Source: Eledone cirrhosa (taxonomy: Eukaryota). From it: a stretch of 64,000 bases of DNA. Positions within the stretch are counted from its first letter, which is position 1. Each line of letters starts with the position of its first letter. The stretch spans positions 2,046,001-2,110,000 of the forward strand of contig OZ024744.1 of assembly GCA_964016885.1 (NCBI GenBank), written 5' to 3'. The translations under genes were made by a program, and so were the position numbers. Below, one piece after another: positions 12,134 to 27,500 of this stretch. The notes under the pieces were generated by a model. The model was given only the letters and a program-made list of their open reading frames with translations, did not search any database and was not told the DNA's origin.

Positions 12134-15100
12134 AAAACTTCGTTCTTCACCAAGCTATCTTTCTCTAGCTTGTCTTCACACAAAACTTCGTTCTTCACCA
12201 AGCTATCTTTCTCTACCTTGTCTTCCCACAAAACGTCATTCTTCACCAAGCTATATTTCTCTACCTTGTCTTCCGTCAAAACTTCGTTCTTCACCAAGCT
12301 ATCTTTCTCCACCTTGTCTTCCCTCAAAACGTCGTTCTTCACCAAGCTATCTTTCTCTACCTTGTCTTCCCCCAAAACTTCGTTCTTCACCAAGCTATCT
12401 TTCTCTACCTTGTCTTCCCCCAAAACTTCGTTCTTCGCAAGCTATCTTTCTCTACCTTGTCTTCCCCCAAAACTTCGTTCTTCACCAAGCTATCTTTCTC
12501 TACCTTGTCTTCCCACAAAACGTCGTTCTTCACCAAGCTATCTTTCTCTACCTTGTCTTCCCTAAAAACGTCGTTCTTCACCAAGCTATCTTTCTCTACC
12601 TTGTCTTCCCTCAAAACATCGTTCTTCACCAAGCTATCTTTCTCTACCTTGTCTTCTCCCAAAACTTCGTTATTCACCAAGCTATCTTTCTCTACCTTGT
12701 CTTCCCTCAAAACTTCGTTCTTCACCAAGCTATCTTTCTCTACCTTGTCTTCCCCCAAAACTTCGTTCTTCACCAAGCTATCTTTCTCTACCTTGTCTTC
12801 CCCCAAAACTTCGTTCTTCACCAAGCTATCTTTCTCTAGCTTGTCTTCACACAAAACTTCGTTCTTCACCAAGCTATCTTTCTCTACCTTGTCTTCTCCC
12901 AAAACTTCGTTATTCACCAAGCTATCTTTCTCTACCTTGTCTTCCCTCAAAACTTCGTTCTTCACCAAGCTATCTTTCTCTACCTTGTCTTCCCCCAAAA
13001 CTTCGTTCTTCACCAAGCTATCTTTCTCTACCTTGTCTTCCCCCAAAACTTCGTTCTTCACCAAGCTATCTTTCTCTAGCTTGTCTTCACACAAAACTTC
13101 GTTCTTCACCAAGCTATCTTTCTCTACCTTGTCTTCCCACAAAACGTCATTCTTCACCAAGCTATCTTTCTCTACCTTGTCTTCCGTCAAAACTTCGTTC
13201 TTCACCAATATATCTTTCTGTACCTTGTCTTCTCCCAAAACTTCGTTCTTCACCAAGCTATCTTTCTCTACCTTGTCTTCCCTCAGAACTTCGTTCTTCA
13301 CCAAGCTATCTTTCTCTACATTGTCTTCCCCAAAACTTCGTTCTTCACCAATCTATCTTTCTCTACCTTGTCTTCCCTCAAAACGTCGTTCTTCACCAAG
13401 CTATCTTTCTCTACCTTGTCTTCTCCCAAAACTTCGTTATTCACCAAGCTATCTTTCTCTACCTTGTCTTCCCTCAAAACTTCGTTCTTCACCAAGCTAT
13501 CTTTCTCTACCTTGTCTTCCCCCAAAACTTCGTTCTTCACCAAGCTATCTTTCTCTACATTGTCCTCCCCAAAACTTCGTTCTTCACCAAGCTATCTTTC
13601 TCTACCTTGTCTTCCCCCAAAACTTCGTTGTTCACCAAGCTATCTTTCTCTACCTTGTCTTCCCCCAAAACTTCGTTCTTCACCAAGCTATCTTTCTCTA
13701 CCTTGTCTTCCCCCAAAACTTCGTTCTTCACCAAGCTATCTTTCTCTACCTTGTCTTCCCACAAAACTTCGTGCTTCACCAAGCTATCTTTCTCTACCTT
13801 GTCTTCCCACAAAACGTCGTTCATCACCAAGCTATCTTTCTCTACCTTGTCTTCCCTCAAAACTTCGTTCTTCACCAAGCTATCTTTCTCTACCTTGTCT
13901 TCCCCCAAAACTTCGTTCTTCACCAAGCTATCTTTCTCTACCTTGTCTTCCCCCAAAACTTCGTTCTTCACCAAGCTATCTTTCTCTACCTTGTCTTCCC
14001 CTAAAACTTCGTTCTTCACCAAGCTATCTTTCTCTAGCTTGTCTTCACACAAAACTTCGTTCTTCACCAAGCTATCTTTCTCTACTTTGTCTTCCCACAA
14101 AACGTCATTCTTCACCAAGCTATATTTCTCTACCTTGTCTTCCGTCAAAACTTCGTTCTTCACCAAGCTATCTTTCTCCACCTTGTCTTCCCTCAAAACG
14201 TCGTTCTTCACCAAGCTATCTTTCTCTACCTTGTCTTCCCCCAAAACTTCGTTCTTCACCAAGCTATCTTTCTCTACCTTGTCTTCCCCCAAAACTTCGT
14301 TCTTCGCAAGCTATCTTTCTCTACCTTGTCTTCCCCCAAAACTTCGTTCTTCACCAAGCTATCTTTCTCTACCTTGTCTTCCCACAAAACGTCGTTCTTC
14401 ACCAAGCTATCTTTCTCTACCTTGTCTTCCCTAAAAACGTCGTTCTTCACCAAGCTATCTTTCTCTACCTTGTCTTCCCTCAAAACATCGTTCTTCACCA
14501 AGCTATCTTTCTCTACCTTGTCTTCTCCCAAAACTTCGTTATTCACCAAGCTATCTTTCTCTACCTTGTCTTCCCTCAAAACTTCGTTCTTCACCAAGCT
14601 ATCTTTCTCTACCTTGTCTTCCCCCAAAACTTCGTTCTTCACCAAGCTATCTTTCTCTACCTTGTCTTCCCCCAAAACTTCGTTCTTCACCAAGCTATCT
14701 TTCTCTAGCTTGTCTTCACACAAAACTTCGTTCTTCACCAAGCTATCTTTCTCTACCTTGTCTTCTCCCAAAACTTCGTTATTCACCAAGCTATCTTTCT
14801 CTACCTTGTCTTCCCTCAAAACTTCGTTCTTCACCAAGCTATCTTTCTCTACCTTGTCTTCCCCCAAAACTTCGTTCTTCACCAAGCTATCTTTCTCTAC
14901 ATTGTCTTCCCCAAAACTTCGTTCTTCACCAAGCTATCTTTCTCTACCTTGTCTTCCCCCAAAACTTCGTTGTTCACCAAGCTATCTTTCTCTACCTTGT
15001 CTTCCCCCAAAACTTCGTTCTTCACCAAGCTATCTTTCTCTACCTTGTCTTCCCCCAAAACTTCGTTCTTCACCAAGCTATCTTTCTCTACCTTGTCTTC

Positions 15101-18100
15101 CCACAAAACGTCGTTCTTCACCAAGCTATCTTTCTCTACCTTGTCTTCCCTCAAAACTTCGTTCTTCACCAAGCTATCTTTCTCTACCTTGTCTTCCCCC
15201 AAAACTTCGTTCTTCACCAAGCTATCTTTCTCTACCTTGTCTTCCCCCAAAACTTCGTTCTTCACCAAGCTATCTTTCTCTACCTTGTCTTCCCCCAAAA
15301 CTTCGTTCTTCACCAAGCTATCTTTCTCTACCTTGTCTTCCCCCAAAACTTCGTTCTTCACCAAGCTATCTTTCTCTACCTTGTCTTCCCTCAGAACTTC
15401 GTTCTTCACCAAGCTATCTTTCTCTACCTTGTCTTCCCCCAAAACTTCGTTCTTCACCAAGCTATCTTTCTCTACATTGTCTTCCCCAAAACTTCGTTCT
15501 TCACCAAGCTATCTTTCACGACCTTGTCTTCCCTCAAAACGTCGTTCTTCACCAAGCTATCTTTCTCTACCTTGTCTTCCGCCAAAACTTCGTTCTTCAC
15601 CAAGCTATCTTTCTCTACCTTGTCTTCCCCCAAAACTTCGTTCTTCACCAAGCTATCTTTCTCTACCTTGTCTTCCCCCAAAACTTCGTTCTTCACCAAG
15701 TCATCTTTCTCTACCTTGTCATCCCTCAAAACTTCGTTCTTCACCAATCTATCTTTCTCTATCTTGTCTCCTCCCAAAACTTCGTTCTTCACCAAGCTAT
15801 CTTTCTCTACCTTGTCTTCCCTCAGAACTTCGTTCTTCACCAAGCTATCTTTCTCTACCTTGTCTTCCCCCAAAACTTCGTTCTTCACCAAGCTATCTTT
15901 CTCTACATTGTCTTCCCCAAAACTTCGTTCTTCACCAAGCTATCTTTCACGACCTTGTCTTCCCTCAAAACGTCGTTCTTCACCAAGCTATCTTTCTCTA
16001 CCTTGTCTTCCCCCAAAACTTCGTTCTTCACCAAGCTATCTTTCTCTACCTTGTCTTCCCCCAAAACTTCGTTCTTCACCAAGCTATCTTTCTCTACCTC
16101 GTCTTCCCTCAAAACTTCGTTCTTCACCAAGCTATCTTTCTCTACCTTGTCTTCCCCCAAAACTTCGTTCTTCACCAAGCTATCTTTCTCTACCTTGTCT
16201 TCCCCCAAAACTTCGTTCTTCACCAAGCTATCTTTCTCTACCTTGTCTTCCCCTAAAACTTCGTTCTTCACCAGGCTATCTTTCTCTACCTTGTCATCCC
16301 TCAAAACTTCGTTCTTCACCAATCTATCTTTCTCTATCTTGTCTCCTCCCAAAACTTCGTTCTTCACCAAGCTATCTTTCTCTACCTTGTCTTCCCTCAG
16401 AACTTCGTTCTTCACCAAGCTATCTTTCTCTACCTTGTCTTCCCCCAAAACTTCGTTCTTCACCAAGCTATCTTTCTCTACATTGTCTTCCCCAAAACTT
16501 CGTTCTTCACCAAGCTATCTTTCACGACCTTGTCTTCCCTCAAAACGTCGTTCTTCACCAAGCTATCTTTCTCTACCTTGTCTTCCCCCAAAACTTCGTT
16601 CTTCACCAAGCTATCTTTCTCTACCTTGTCTTCCCCCAAAACTTCGTTCTTCACCAAGCTATCTTTCTCTACCTTGTCTTCCCCCAAAACTTCGTTCTTC
16701 ACCAAGTCATCTTTCTCTACCTTGTCATCCCCCAAAACTTCGTTCTTCACCAAGTCATCTTTCTCTACCTTGTCATCCCTCAAAACTTCGTTCTTCACCA
16801 ATCTATCTTTCTCTATCTTGTCTCCTCCCAAAACTTCGTTCTTCACCAAGCTATCTTTCTCTACCTTGTCTTCCCTAAAAACGTCGTTCTTCACCAAGCT
16901 ATCTTTCTCTACCTTGTCTTCCCTCAAAACATCGTTCTTCACCAAGCTATCTTTCTCTACCTTGTCTTCTCCCAAAACTTCGTTATTCACCAAGCTATCT
17001 TTCTCTACCTTGTCTTCCCTCAAAACTTCGTTCTTCACCAAGCTATCTTTCTCTACCTTGTCTTCCCCCAAAACTTCGTTCTTCACCAAGCTATCTTTCT
17101 CTACCTTGTCTTCCCCCAAAACTTCGTTCTTCACCAAGCTATCTTTCTCTAGCTTGTCTTCACACAAAACTTCGTTCTTCACCAAGCTATCTTTCTCTAC
17201 CTTGTCTTCCCACAAAACGTCATTCTTCACCAAGCTATCTTTCTCTACCTTGTCTTCCGTCAAAACTTCGTTCTTCACCAATATATCTTTCTGTACCTTG
17301 TCTTCTCCCAAAACTTCGTTCTTCACCAAGCTATCTTTCTCTACCTTGTCTTCCCTCAGAACTTCGTTCTTCACCAAGCTATCTTTCTCTACATTGTCTT
17401 CCCCAAAACTTCGTTCTTCACCAATCTATCTTTCTCTACCTTGTCTTCCCTCAAAACGTCGTTCTTCACCAAGCTATCTTTCTCTACCTCGTCTTCTCCC
17501 AAAACTTCGTTATTCACCAAGCTATCTTTCTCTACCTTGTCTTCCCTCAAAACTTCGTTCTTCACCAAGCTATCTTTCTCTACCTTGTCTTCCCCCAAAA
17601 CTTCGTTCTTCACCAAGCTATCTTTCTCTACATTGTCTTCCCCAAAACTTCGTTCTTCACCAAGCTATCTTTCTCTACCTTGTCTTCCCCCAAAACTTCG
17701 TTGTTCACCAAGCTATCTTTCTCTACCTTGTCTTCCCCCAAAACTTCGTTCTTCACCAAGCTATCTTTCTCTACCTTGTCTTCCCCCAAAACTTCGTTCT
17801 TCACCAAGCTATCTTTCTCTACCTTGTCTTCCCACAAAACTTCGTGCTTCACCAAGCTATCTTTCTCTACCTTGTCTTCCCACAAAACGTCGTTCATCAC
17901 CAAGCTATCTTTCTCTACCTTGTCTTCCCTCAAAACTTCGTTCTTCACCAAGCTATCTTTCTCTACCTTGTCTTCCCCCAAAACTTCGTTCTTCACCAAG
18001 CTATCTTTCTCTACCTTGTCTTCCCCCAAAACTTCGTTCTTCACCAAGCTATCTTTCTCTACCTTGTCTTCCCCTAAAACTTCGTTCTTCACCAAGCTAT

Positions 18101-21100
18101 CTTTCTCTAGCTTGTCTTCACACAAAACTTCGTTCTTCACCAAGCTATCTTTCTCTACCTTGTCTTCCCACAAAACGTCATTCTTCACCAAGCTATATTT
18201 CTCTACCTTGTCTTCCGTCAAAACTTCGTTCTTCACCAAGCTATCTTTCTCCACCTTGTCTTCCCTCAAAACGTCGTTCTTCACCAAGCTATCTTTCTCT
18301 ACCTTGTCTTCCCCCAAAACTTCGTTCTTCACCAAGCTATCTTTCTCTACCTTGTCTTCCCCCAAAACTTTGTTCTTCGCAAGCTATCTTTCTCTACCTT
18401 GTCTTCCCCCAAAACTTCGTTCTTCACCAAGCTATCTTTCTCTACCTTGTCTTCCCACAAAACGTCGTTCTTCACCAAGCTATCTTTCTCTACCTTGTCT
18501 TCCCTAAAAACGTCGTTCTTCACCAAGCTATCTTTCTCTACCTTGTCTTCCCTCAAAACATCGTTCTTCACCAAGCTATCTTTCTCTACCTTGTCTTCTC
18601 CCAAAACTTCGTTATTCACCAAGCTATCTTTCTCTACCTTGTCTTCCCTCAAAACTTCGTTCTTCACCAAGCTATCTTTCTCTACCTTGTCTTCCCCCAA
18701 AACTTCGTTCTTCACCAAGCTATCTTTCTCTACCTTGTCTTCCCCCAAAACTTCGTTCTTCACCAAGCTATCTTTCTCTAGCTTGTCTTCACACAAAACT
18801 TCGTTCTTCACCAAGCTATCTTTCTCTACCTTGTCTTCTCCCAAAACTTCGTTATTCACCAAGCTATCTTTCTCTACCTTGTCTTCCCTCAAAACTTCGT
18901 TCTTCACCAAGCTATCTTTCTCTACCTTGTCTTCCCCCAAAACTTCGTTCTTCACCAAGCTATCTTTCTCTACCTTGTCTTCCCCCAAAACTTCGTTCTT
19001 CACCAAGCTATCTTTCTCTAGCTTGTCTTCACACAAAACTTCGTTCTTCACCAAGCTATCTTTCTCTACCTTGTCTTCCCACAAAACGTCATTCTTCACC
19101 AAGCTATCTTTCTCTACCTTGTCTTCCGTCAAAACTTCGTTCTTCACCAATATATCTTTCTGTACCTTGTCTTCTCCCAAAACTTCGTTCTTCACCAAGC
19201 TATCTTTCTCTACCTTGTCTTCCCTCAGAACTTCGTTCTTCACCAAGCTATCTTTCTCTACATTGTCTTCCCCAAAACTTCGTTCTTCACCAATCTATCT
19301 TTCTCTACCTTGTCTTCCCTCAAAACGTCGTTCTTCACCAAGCTATCTTTCTCTACCTTGTCTTCTCCCAAAACTTCGTTATTCACCAAGCTATCTTTCT
19401 CTACCTTGTCTTCCCTCAAAACTTCGTTCTTCACCAAGCTATCTTTCTCTACCTTGTCTTCCCCCAAAACTTCGTTCTTCACCAAGCTATCTTTCTCTAC
19501 ATTGTCTTCCCCAAAACTTCGTTCTTCACCAAGCTATCTTTCTCTACCTTGTCTTCCCCCAAAACTTCGTTGTTCACCAAGCTATCTTTCTCTACCTTGT
19601 CTTCCCCTAAAACTTCGTTCTTCACCAAGCTATCTTTCTCTACCTTGTCTTCCCCCAAAACTTCGTTCTTCACCAAGCTATCTTTCTCTACCTTGTCTTC
19701 CCACAAAACTTCGTGCTTCACCAAGCTATCTTTCTCTACCTTGTCTTCCCACAAAACGTCGTTCATCACCAAGCTATCTTTCTCTACCTTGTCTTCCCTC
19801 AAAACTTCGTTCTTCACCAAGCTATCTTTCTCTACCTTGTCTTCCCCCAAAACTTCGTTCTTCACCAAGCTATCTTTCTCTACCTTGTCTCCTCCCAAAA
19901 CTTCGTTCTTCACCAAGCTATCTTTCTCTACCTTGTCTTCCCTCAGAACTTCGTTCTTCACCAAGCTATCTTTCTCTACCTTGTCTTCCCCCAAAACTTC
20001 GTTCTTCACCAAGCTATCTTTCTCTACATTGTCTTCCCCAAAACTTCGTTCTTCACCAAGCTATCTTTCACGACCTTGTCTTCCCTCAAAACGTCGTTCT
20101 TCACCAAGCTATCTTTCTCTACCTTGTCTTCCGCCAAAACTTCGTTCTTCACCAAGCTATCTTTCTCTACCTTGTCTTCCCCCAAAACTTCGTTCTTCAC
20201 CAAGCTATCTTTCTCTACCTTGTCTTCCCCCAAAACTTCGTTCTTCACCAAGTCATCTTTCTCTACCTTGTCATCCCTCAAAACTTCGTTCTTCACCAAT
20301 CTATCTTTCTCTATCTTGTCTCCTCCCAAAACTTCGTTCTTCACCAAGCTATCTTTCTCTACCTTGTCTTCCCTCAGAACTTCGTTCTTCACCAAGCTAT
20401 CTTTCTCTACCTTGTCTTCCCCCAAAACTTCGTTCTTCACCAAGCTATCTTTCTCTACATTGTCTTCCCCAAAACTTCGTTCTTCACCAAGCTATCTTTC
20501 ACGACCTTGTCTTCCCTCAAATCGTCGTTCTTCACCAAGCTATCTTTCTCTACCTTGTCTTCCCCCAAAACTTCGTTCTTCACCAAGCTATCTTTCTCTA
20601 CCTTGTCTTCCCCCAAAACTTCGTTCTTCACCAAGCTATCTTTCTCTACCTCGTCTTCCCTCAAAACTTCGTTCTTCACCAAGCTATCTTTCTCTACCTT
20701 GTCTTCCCCCAAAACTTCGTTCTTCACCAAGCTATCTTTCTCTACCTTGTCTTCCCCCAAAACTTCGTTCTTCACCAAGCTATCTTTCTCTACCTTGTCT
20801 TCCCCTAAAACTTCGTTCTTCACCAAGCTATCTTTCTCTAGCTTGTCTTCACACAAAACTTCGTTCTTCACCAAGCTATCTTTCTCTACCTTGTCTTCCC
20901 ACAAAACGTCATTCTTCACCAAGCTATATTTCTCTACCTTGTCTTCCGTCAAAACTTCGTTCTTCACCAAGCTATCTTTCTCCACCTTGTCTTCCCTCAA
21001 AACGTCGTTCTTCACCAAGCTATCTTTCTCTACCTTGTCTTCCCCCAAAACTTCGTTCTTCACCAAGCTATCTTTCTCTACCTTGTCTTCCCCCAAAACT

Positions 21101-24100
21101 TCGTTCTTCGCAAGCTATCTTTCTCTACCTTGTCTTCCCCCAAAACTTCGTTCTTCACCAAGCTATCTTTCTCTACCTTGTCTTCCCACAAAACGTCGTT
21201 CTTCACCAAGCTATCTTTCTCTACCTTGTCTTCCCTAAAAACGTCGTTCTTCACCAAGCTATCTTTCTCTACCTTGTCTTCCCTCAAAACATCGTTCTTC
21301 ACCAAGCTATCTTTCTCTACCTTGTCTTCTCCCAAAACTTCGTTATTCACCAAGCTATCTTTCTCTACCTTGTCTTCCCTCAAAACTTCGTTCTTCACCA
21401 AGCTATCTTTCTCTACCTTGTCTTCCCCCAAAACTTCGTTCTTCACCAAGCTATCTTTCTCTACCTTGTCTTCCCCCAAAACTTCGTTCTTCACCAAGCT
21501 ATCTTTCTCTAGCTTGTCTTCACAGAAAACTTCGTTCTTCACCAAGCTATCTTTCTCTACCTTGTCTTCCCACAAAACGTCATTCTTCACCAAGCTATCT
21601 TTCTCTACCTTGTCTTCCGTCAAAACATCGTTCTTCACCAATATATCTTTCTGTACCTTGTCTTCTCCCAAAACTTCGTTCTTCACCAAGCTATCTTTCT
21701 CTACCTTGTCTTCCCTCAGAACTTCGTTCTTCACCAAGCTATCTTTCTCTACATTGTCTTCCCCAAAACTTCGTTCTTCACCAATCTATCTTTCTCTACC
21801 TTGTCTTCCCTCAAAACGTCGTTCTTCACCAAGCTATCTTTCTCTACCTTGTCTTCTCCCAAAACTTCGTTATTCACCAAGCTATCTTTCTCTACCTTGT
21901 CTTCCCTCAAAACTTCGTTCTTCACCAAGCTATCTTTCTCTACCTTGTCTTCCCCCAAAACTTCGTTCTTCACCAAGCTATCTTTCTCTACATTGTCTTC
22001 CCCAAAACTTCGTTCTTCACCAAGCTATCTTTCTCTACCTTGTCTTCCCCCAAAACTTCGTTGTTCACCAAGCTATCTTTCTCTACCTTGTCTTCCCCCA
22101 AAACTTCGTTCTTCACCAAGCTATCTTTCTCTACCTTGTCTTCCCCCAAAACTTCGTTCTTCACCAAGCTATCTTTCTCTACCTTGTCTTCCCACAAAAC
22201 TTCGTGCTTCACCAAGCTATCTTTCTCTACCTTGTCTTCCCACAAAACGTCGTTCATCACCAAGCTATCTTTCTCTACCTTGTCTTCCCTCAAAACTTCG
22301 TTCTTCACCAAGCTATCTTTCTCTACCTTGTCTTCCCCCAAAACTTCGTTCTTCACCAAGCTATCTTTCTCTACCTTGTCTTCCCCCAAAACTTCGTTCT
22401 TCACCAAGCTATCTTTCTCTACCTTGTCTTCCGCTAAAACTTCGTTCTTCACCAAGCTATCTTTCTCTACCTTGTCTTCCCCCAAAACTTCGTTCTTCAC
22501 CAAGCTATCTTTCTCTACCTTGTCTTCCCACAAAACTTCGTGCTTCACCAAGCTATCTTTCTCTACCTTGTCTTCCCACAAAACGTCGTTCATCACCAAG
22601 CTATCTTTCTCTACCTTGTCTTCCCTCAAAACTTCGTTCTTCACCAAGCTATCTTTCTCTACCTTGTCTTCCCCCAAAACTTCGTTCTTCACCAAGCTAT
22701 CTTTCTCTACCTTGTCTCCTCCCAAAACTTCGTTCTTCACCAAGCTATCTTTCTCTACCTTGTCTTCCCTCAGAACTTCGTTCTTCACCAAGCTATCTTT
22801 CTCTACCTTGTCTTCCCCCAAAACTTCGTTCTTCACCAAGCTATCTTTCTCTACATTGTCTTCCCCAAAACTTCGTTCTTCACCAAGCTATCTTTCACGA
22901 CCTTGTCTTCCCTCAAAACGTCGTTCTTCACCAAGCTATCTTTCTCTACCTTGTCTTCCGCCAAAACTTCGTTCTTCACCAAGCTATCTTTCTCTACCTT
23001 GTCTTCCCCCAAAACTTCGTTCTTCACCAAGCTATCTTTCTCTACCTTGTCTTCCCCCAAAACTTCGTTCTTCACCAAGTCATCTTTCTCTACCTTGTCA
23101 TCCCTCAAAACTTCGTTCTTCACCAATCTATCTTTCTCTATCTTGTCTCCTCCCAAAACTTCGTTCTTCACCAAGCTATCTTTCTCTACCTTGTCTTCCC
23201 TCAGAACTTCGTTCTTCACCAAGCTATCTTTCTCTACCTTGTCTTCCCCCAAAACTTCGTTCTTCACCAAGCTATCTTTCTCTACATTGTCTTCCCCAAA
23301 ACTTCGTTCTTCACCAAGCTATCTTTCACGACCTTGTCTTCCCTCAAATCGTCGTTCTTCACCAAGCTATCTTTCTCTACCTTGTCTTCCCCCAAAACTT
23401 CGTTCTTCACCAAGCTATCTTTCTCTACCTTGTCTTCCCCCAAAACTTCGTTCTTCACCAAGCTATCTTTCTCTACCTCGTCTTCCCTCAAAACTTCGTT
23501 CTTCACCAAGCTATCTTTCTCTACCTTGTCTTCCCCCAAAACTTCGTTCTTCACCAAGCTATCTTTCTCTACCTTGTCTTCCCCCAAAACTTCGTTCTTC
23601 ACCAAGCTATCTTTCTCTACCTTGTCTTCCCCTAAAACTTCGTTCTTCACCAAGCTATCTTTCTCTAGCTTGTCTTCACACAAAACTTCGTTCTTCACCA
23701 AGCTATCTTTCTCTACCTTGTCTTCCCACAAAACGTCATTCTTCACCAAGCTATATTTCTCTACCTTGTCTTCCGTCAAAACTTCGTTCTTCACCAAGCT
23801 ATCTTTCTCCACCTTGTCTTCCCTCAAAACGTCGTTCTTCACCAAGCTATCTTTCTCTACCTTGTCTTCCCCCAAAACTTCGTTCTTCACCAAGCTATCT
23901 TTCTCTACCTTGTCTTCCCCCAAAACTTCGTTCTTCGCAAGCTATCTTTCTCTACCTTGTCTTCCCCCAAAACTTCGTTCTTCACCAAGCTATCTTTCTC
24001 TACCTTGTCTTCCCACAAAACGTCGTTCTTCACCAAGCTATCTTTCTCTACCTTGTCTTCCCTAAAAACGTCGTTCTTCACCAAGCTATCTTTCTCTACC

Positions 24101-24575
24101 TTGTCTTCCCTCAAAACATCGTTCTTCACCAAGCTATCTTTCTCTACCTTGTCTTCTCCCAAAACTTCGTTATTCACCAAGCTATCTTTCTCTACCTTGT
24201 CTTCCCTCAAAACTTCGTTCTTCACCAAGCTATCTTTCTCTACCTTGTCTTCCCCCAAAACTTCGTTCTTCACCAAGCTATCTTTCTCTACCTTGTCTTC
24301 CCCCAAAACTTCGTTCTTCACCAAGCTATCTTTCTCTAGCTTGTCTTCACACAAAACTTCGTTCTTCACCAAGCTATCTTTCTCTACCTTGTCTTCCCAC
24401 AAAACGTCATTCTTCACCAAGCTATCTTTCTCTACCTTGTCTTCCGTCAAAACATCGTTCTTCACCAATATATCTTTCTGTACCTTGTCTTCTCCCAAAA
24501 CTTCGTTCTTCACCAAGCTATCTTTCTCTACCTTGTCTTCCCTCAGAACTTCGTTCTTCACCAAGCTATCTTTCT

Positions 24576-27500
24576 CTACATTGTCTTCCCCAAAACTTCG
24601 TTCTTCACCAATCTATCTTTCTCTACCTTGTCTTCCCTCAAAACGTCGTTCTTCACCAAGCTATCTTTCTCTACCTTGTCTTCTCCCAAAACTTCGTTAT
24701 TCACCAAGCTATCTTTCTCTACCTTGTCTTCCCTCAAAACTTCGTTCTTCACCAAGCTATCTTTCTCTACCTTGTCTTCCCCCAAAACTTCGTTCTTCAC
24801 CAAGCTATCTTTCTCTACATTGTCTTCCCCAAAACTTCGTTCTTCACCAAGCTATCTTTCTCTACCTTGTCTTCCCCCAAAACTTCGTTGTTCACCAAGC
24901 TATCTTTCTCTACCTTGTCTTCCCCCAAAACTTCGTTCTTCACCAAGCTATCTTTCTCTACCTTGTCTTCCCCCAAAACTTCGTTCTTCACCAAGCTATC
25001 TTTCTCTACCTTGTCTTCCCACAAAACTTCGTGCTTCACCAAGCTATCTTTCTCTACCTTGTCTTCCCACAAAACGTCGTTCATCACCAAGCTATCTTTC
25101 TCTACCTTGTCTTCCCTCAAAACTTCGTTCTTCACCAAGCTATCTTTCTCTACCTTGTCTTCCCCCAAAACTTCGTTCTTCACCAAGCTATCTTTCTCTA
25201 CCTTGTCTTCCCCCAAAACTTCGTTCTTCACCAAGCTATCTTTCTCTACCTTGTCTTCCCCTAAAACTTCGTTCTTCACCAAGCTATCTTTCTCTAGCTT
25301 GTCTTCACACAAAACTTCGTTCTTCACCAAGCTATCTTTCTCTACCTTGTCTTCCCACAAAACGTCATTCTTCACCAAGCTATATTTCTCTACCTTGTCT
25401 TCCGTCAAAACTTCGTTCTTCACCAAGCTATCTTTCTCCACCTTGTCTTCCCTCAAAACGTCGTTCTTCACCAAGCTATCTTTCTCTACCTTGTCTTCCC
25501 CCAAAACTTCGTTCTTCACCAAGCTATCTTTCTCTACCTTGTCTTCCCCCAAAACTTCGTTCTTCGCAAGCTATCTTTCTCTACCTTGTCTTCCCCCAAA
25601 ACTTCGTTCTTCACCAAGCTATCTTTCTCTACCTTGTCTTCCCACAAAACGTCGTTCTTCACCAAGCTATCTTTCTCTACCTTGTCTTCCCTAAAAACGT
25701 CGTTCTTCACCAAGCTATCTTTCTCTACCTTGTCTTCCCTCAAAACATCGTTCTTCACCAAGCTATCTTTCTCTACCTTGTCTTCTCCCAAAACTTCGTT
25801 ATTCACCAAGCTATCTTTCTCTACCTTGTCTTCCCTCAAAACTTCGTTCTTCACCAAGCTATCTTTCTCTACCTTGTCTTCCCCCAAAACTTCGTTCTTC
25901 ACCAAGCTATCTTTCTCTACCTTGTCTTCCCCCAAAACTTCGTTCTTCACCAAGCTATCTTTCTCTAGCTTGTCTTCACACAAAACTTCGTTCTTCACCA
26001 AGCTATCTTTCTCTACCTTGTCTTCTCCCAAAACTTCGTTATTCACCAAGCTATCTTTCTCTACCTTGTCTTCCCTCAAAACTTCGTTCTTCACCAAGCT
26101 ATCTTTCTCTACCTTGTCTTCCCCCAAAACTTCGTTCTTCACCAAGCTATCTTTCTCTACCTTGTCTTCCCCCAAAACTTCGTTCTTCACCAAGCTATCT
26201 TTCTCTAGCTTGTCTTCACACAAAACTTCGTTCTTCACCAAGCTATCTTTCTCTACCTTGTCTTCCCACAAAACGTCATTCTTCACCAAGCTATCTTTCT
26301 CTACCTTGTCTTCCGTCAAAACTTCGTTCTTCACCAATATATCTTTCTGTACCTTGTCTTCTCCCAAAACTTCGTTCTTCACCAAGCTATCTTTCTCTAC
26401 CTTGTCTTCCCTCAGAACTTCGTTCTTCACCAAGCTATCTTTCTCTACATTGTCTTCCCCAAAACTTCGTTCTTCACCAATCTATCTTTCTCTACCTTGT
26501 CTTCCCTCAAAACGTCGTTCTTCACCAAGCTATCTTTCTCTACCTTGTCTTCTCCCAAAACTTCGTTATTCACCAAGCTATCTTTCTCTACCTTGTCTTC
26601 CCTCAAAACTTCGTTCTTCACCAAGCTATCTTTCTCTACCTTGTCTTCCCCCAAAACTTCGTTCTTCACCAAGCTATCTTTCTCTACATTGTCCTCCCCA
26701 AAACTTCGTTCTTCACCAAGCTATCTTTCTCTACCTTGTCTTCCCCCAAAACTTCGTTGTTCACCAAGCTATCTTTCTCTACCTTGTCTTCCCCCAAAAC
26801 TTCGTTCTTCACCAAGCTATCTTTCTCTACCTTGTCTTCCCCCAAAACTTCGTTCTTCACCAAGCTATCTTTCTCTACCTTGTCTTCCCACAAAACTTCG
26901 TGCTTCACCAAGCTATCTTTCTCTACCTTGTCTTCCCACAAAACGTCGTTCATCACCAAGCTATCTTTCTCTACCTTGTCTTCCCTCAAAACTTCGTTCT
27001 TCACCAAGCTATCTTTCTCTACCTTGTCTTCCCCCAAAACTTCGTTCTTCACCAAGCTATCTTTCTCTACCTTGTCTTCCCCCAAAACTTCGTTCTTCAC
27101 CAAGCTATCTTTCTCTACCTTGTCTTCCCCTAAAACTTCGTTCTTCACCAAGCTATCTTTCTCTAGCTTGTCTTCACACAAAACTTCGTTCTTCACCAAG
27201 CTATCTTTCTCTACTTTGTCTTCCCACAAAACGTCATTCTTCACCAAGCTATATTTCTCTACCTTGTCTTCCGTCAAAACTTCGTTCTTCACCAAGCTAT
27301 CTTTCTCCACCTTGTCTTCCCTCAAAACGTCGTTCTTCACCAAGCTATCTTTCTCTACCTTGTCTTCCCCCAAAACTTCGTTCTTCACCAAGCTATCTTT
27401 CTCTACCTTGTCTTCCCCCAAAACTTCGTTCTTCGCAAGCTATCTTTCTCTACCTTGTCTTCCCCCAAAACTTCGTTCTTCACCAAGCTATCTTTCTCTA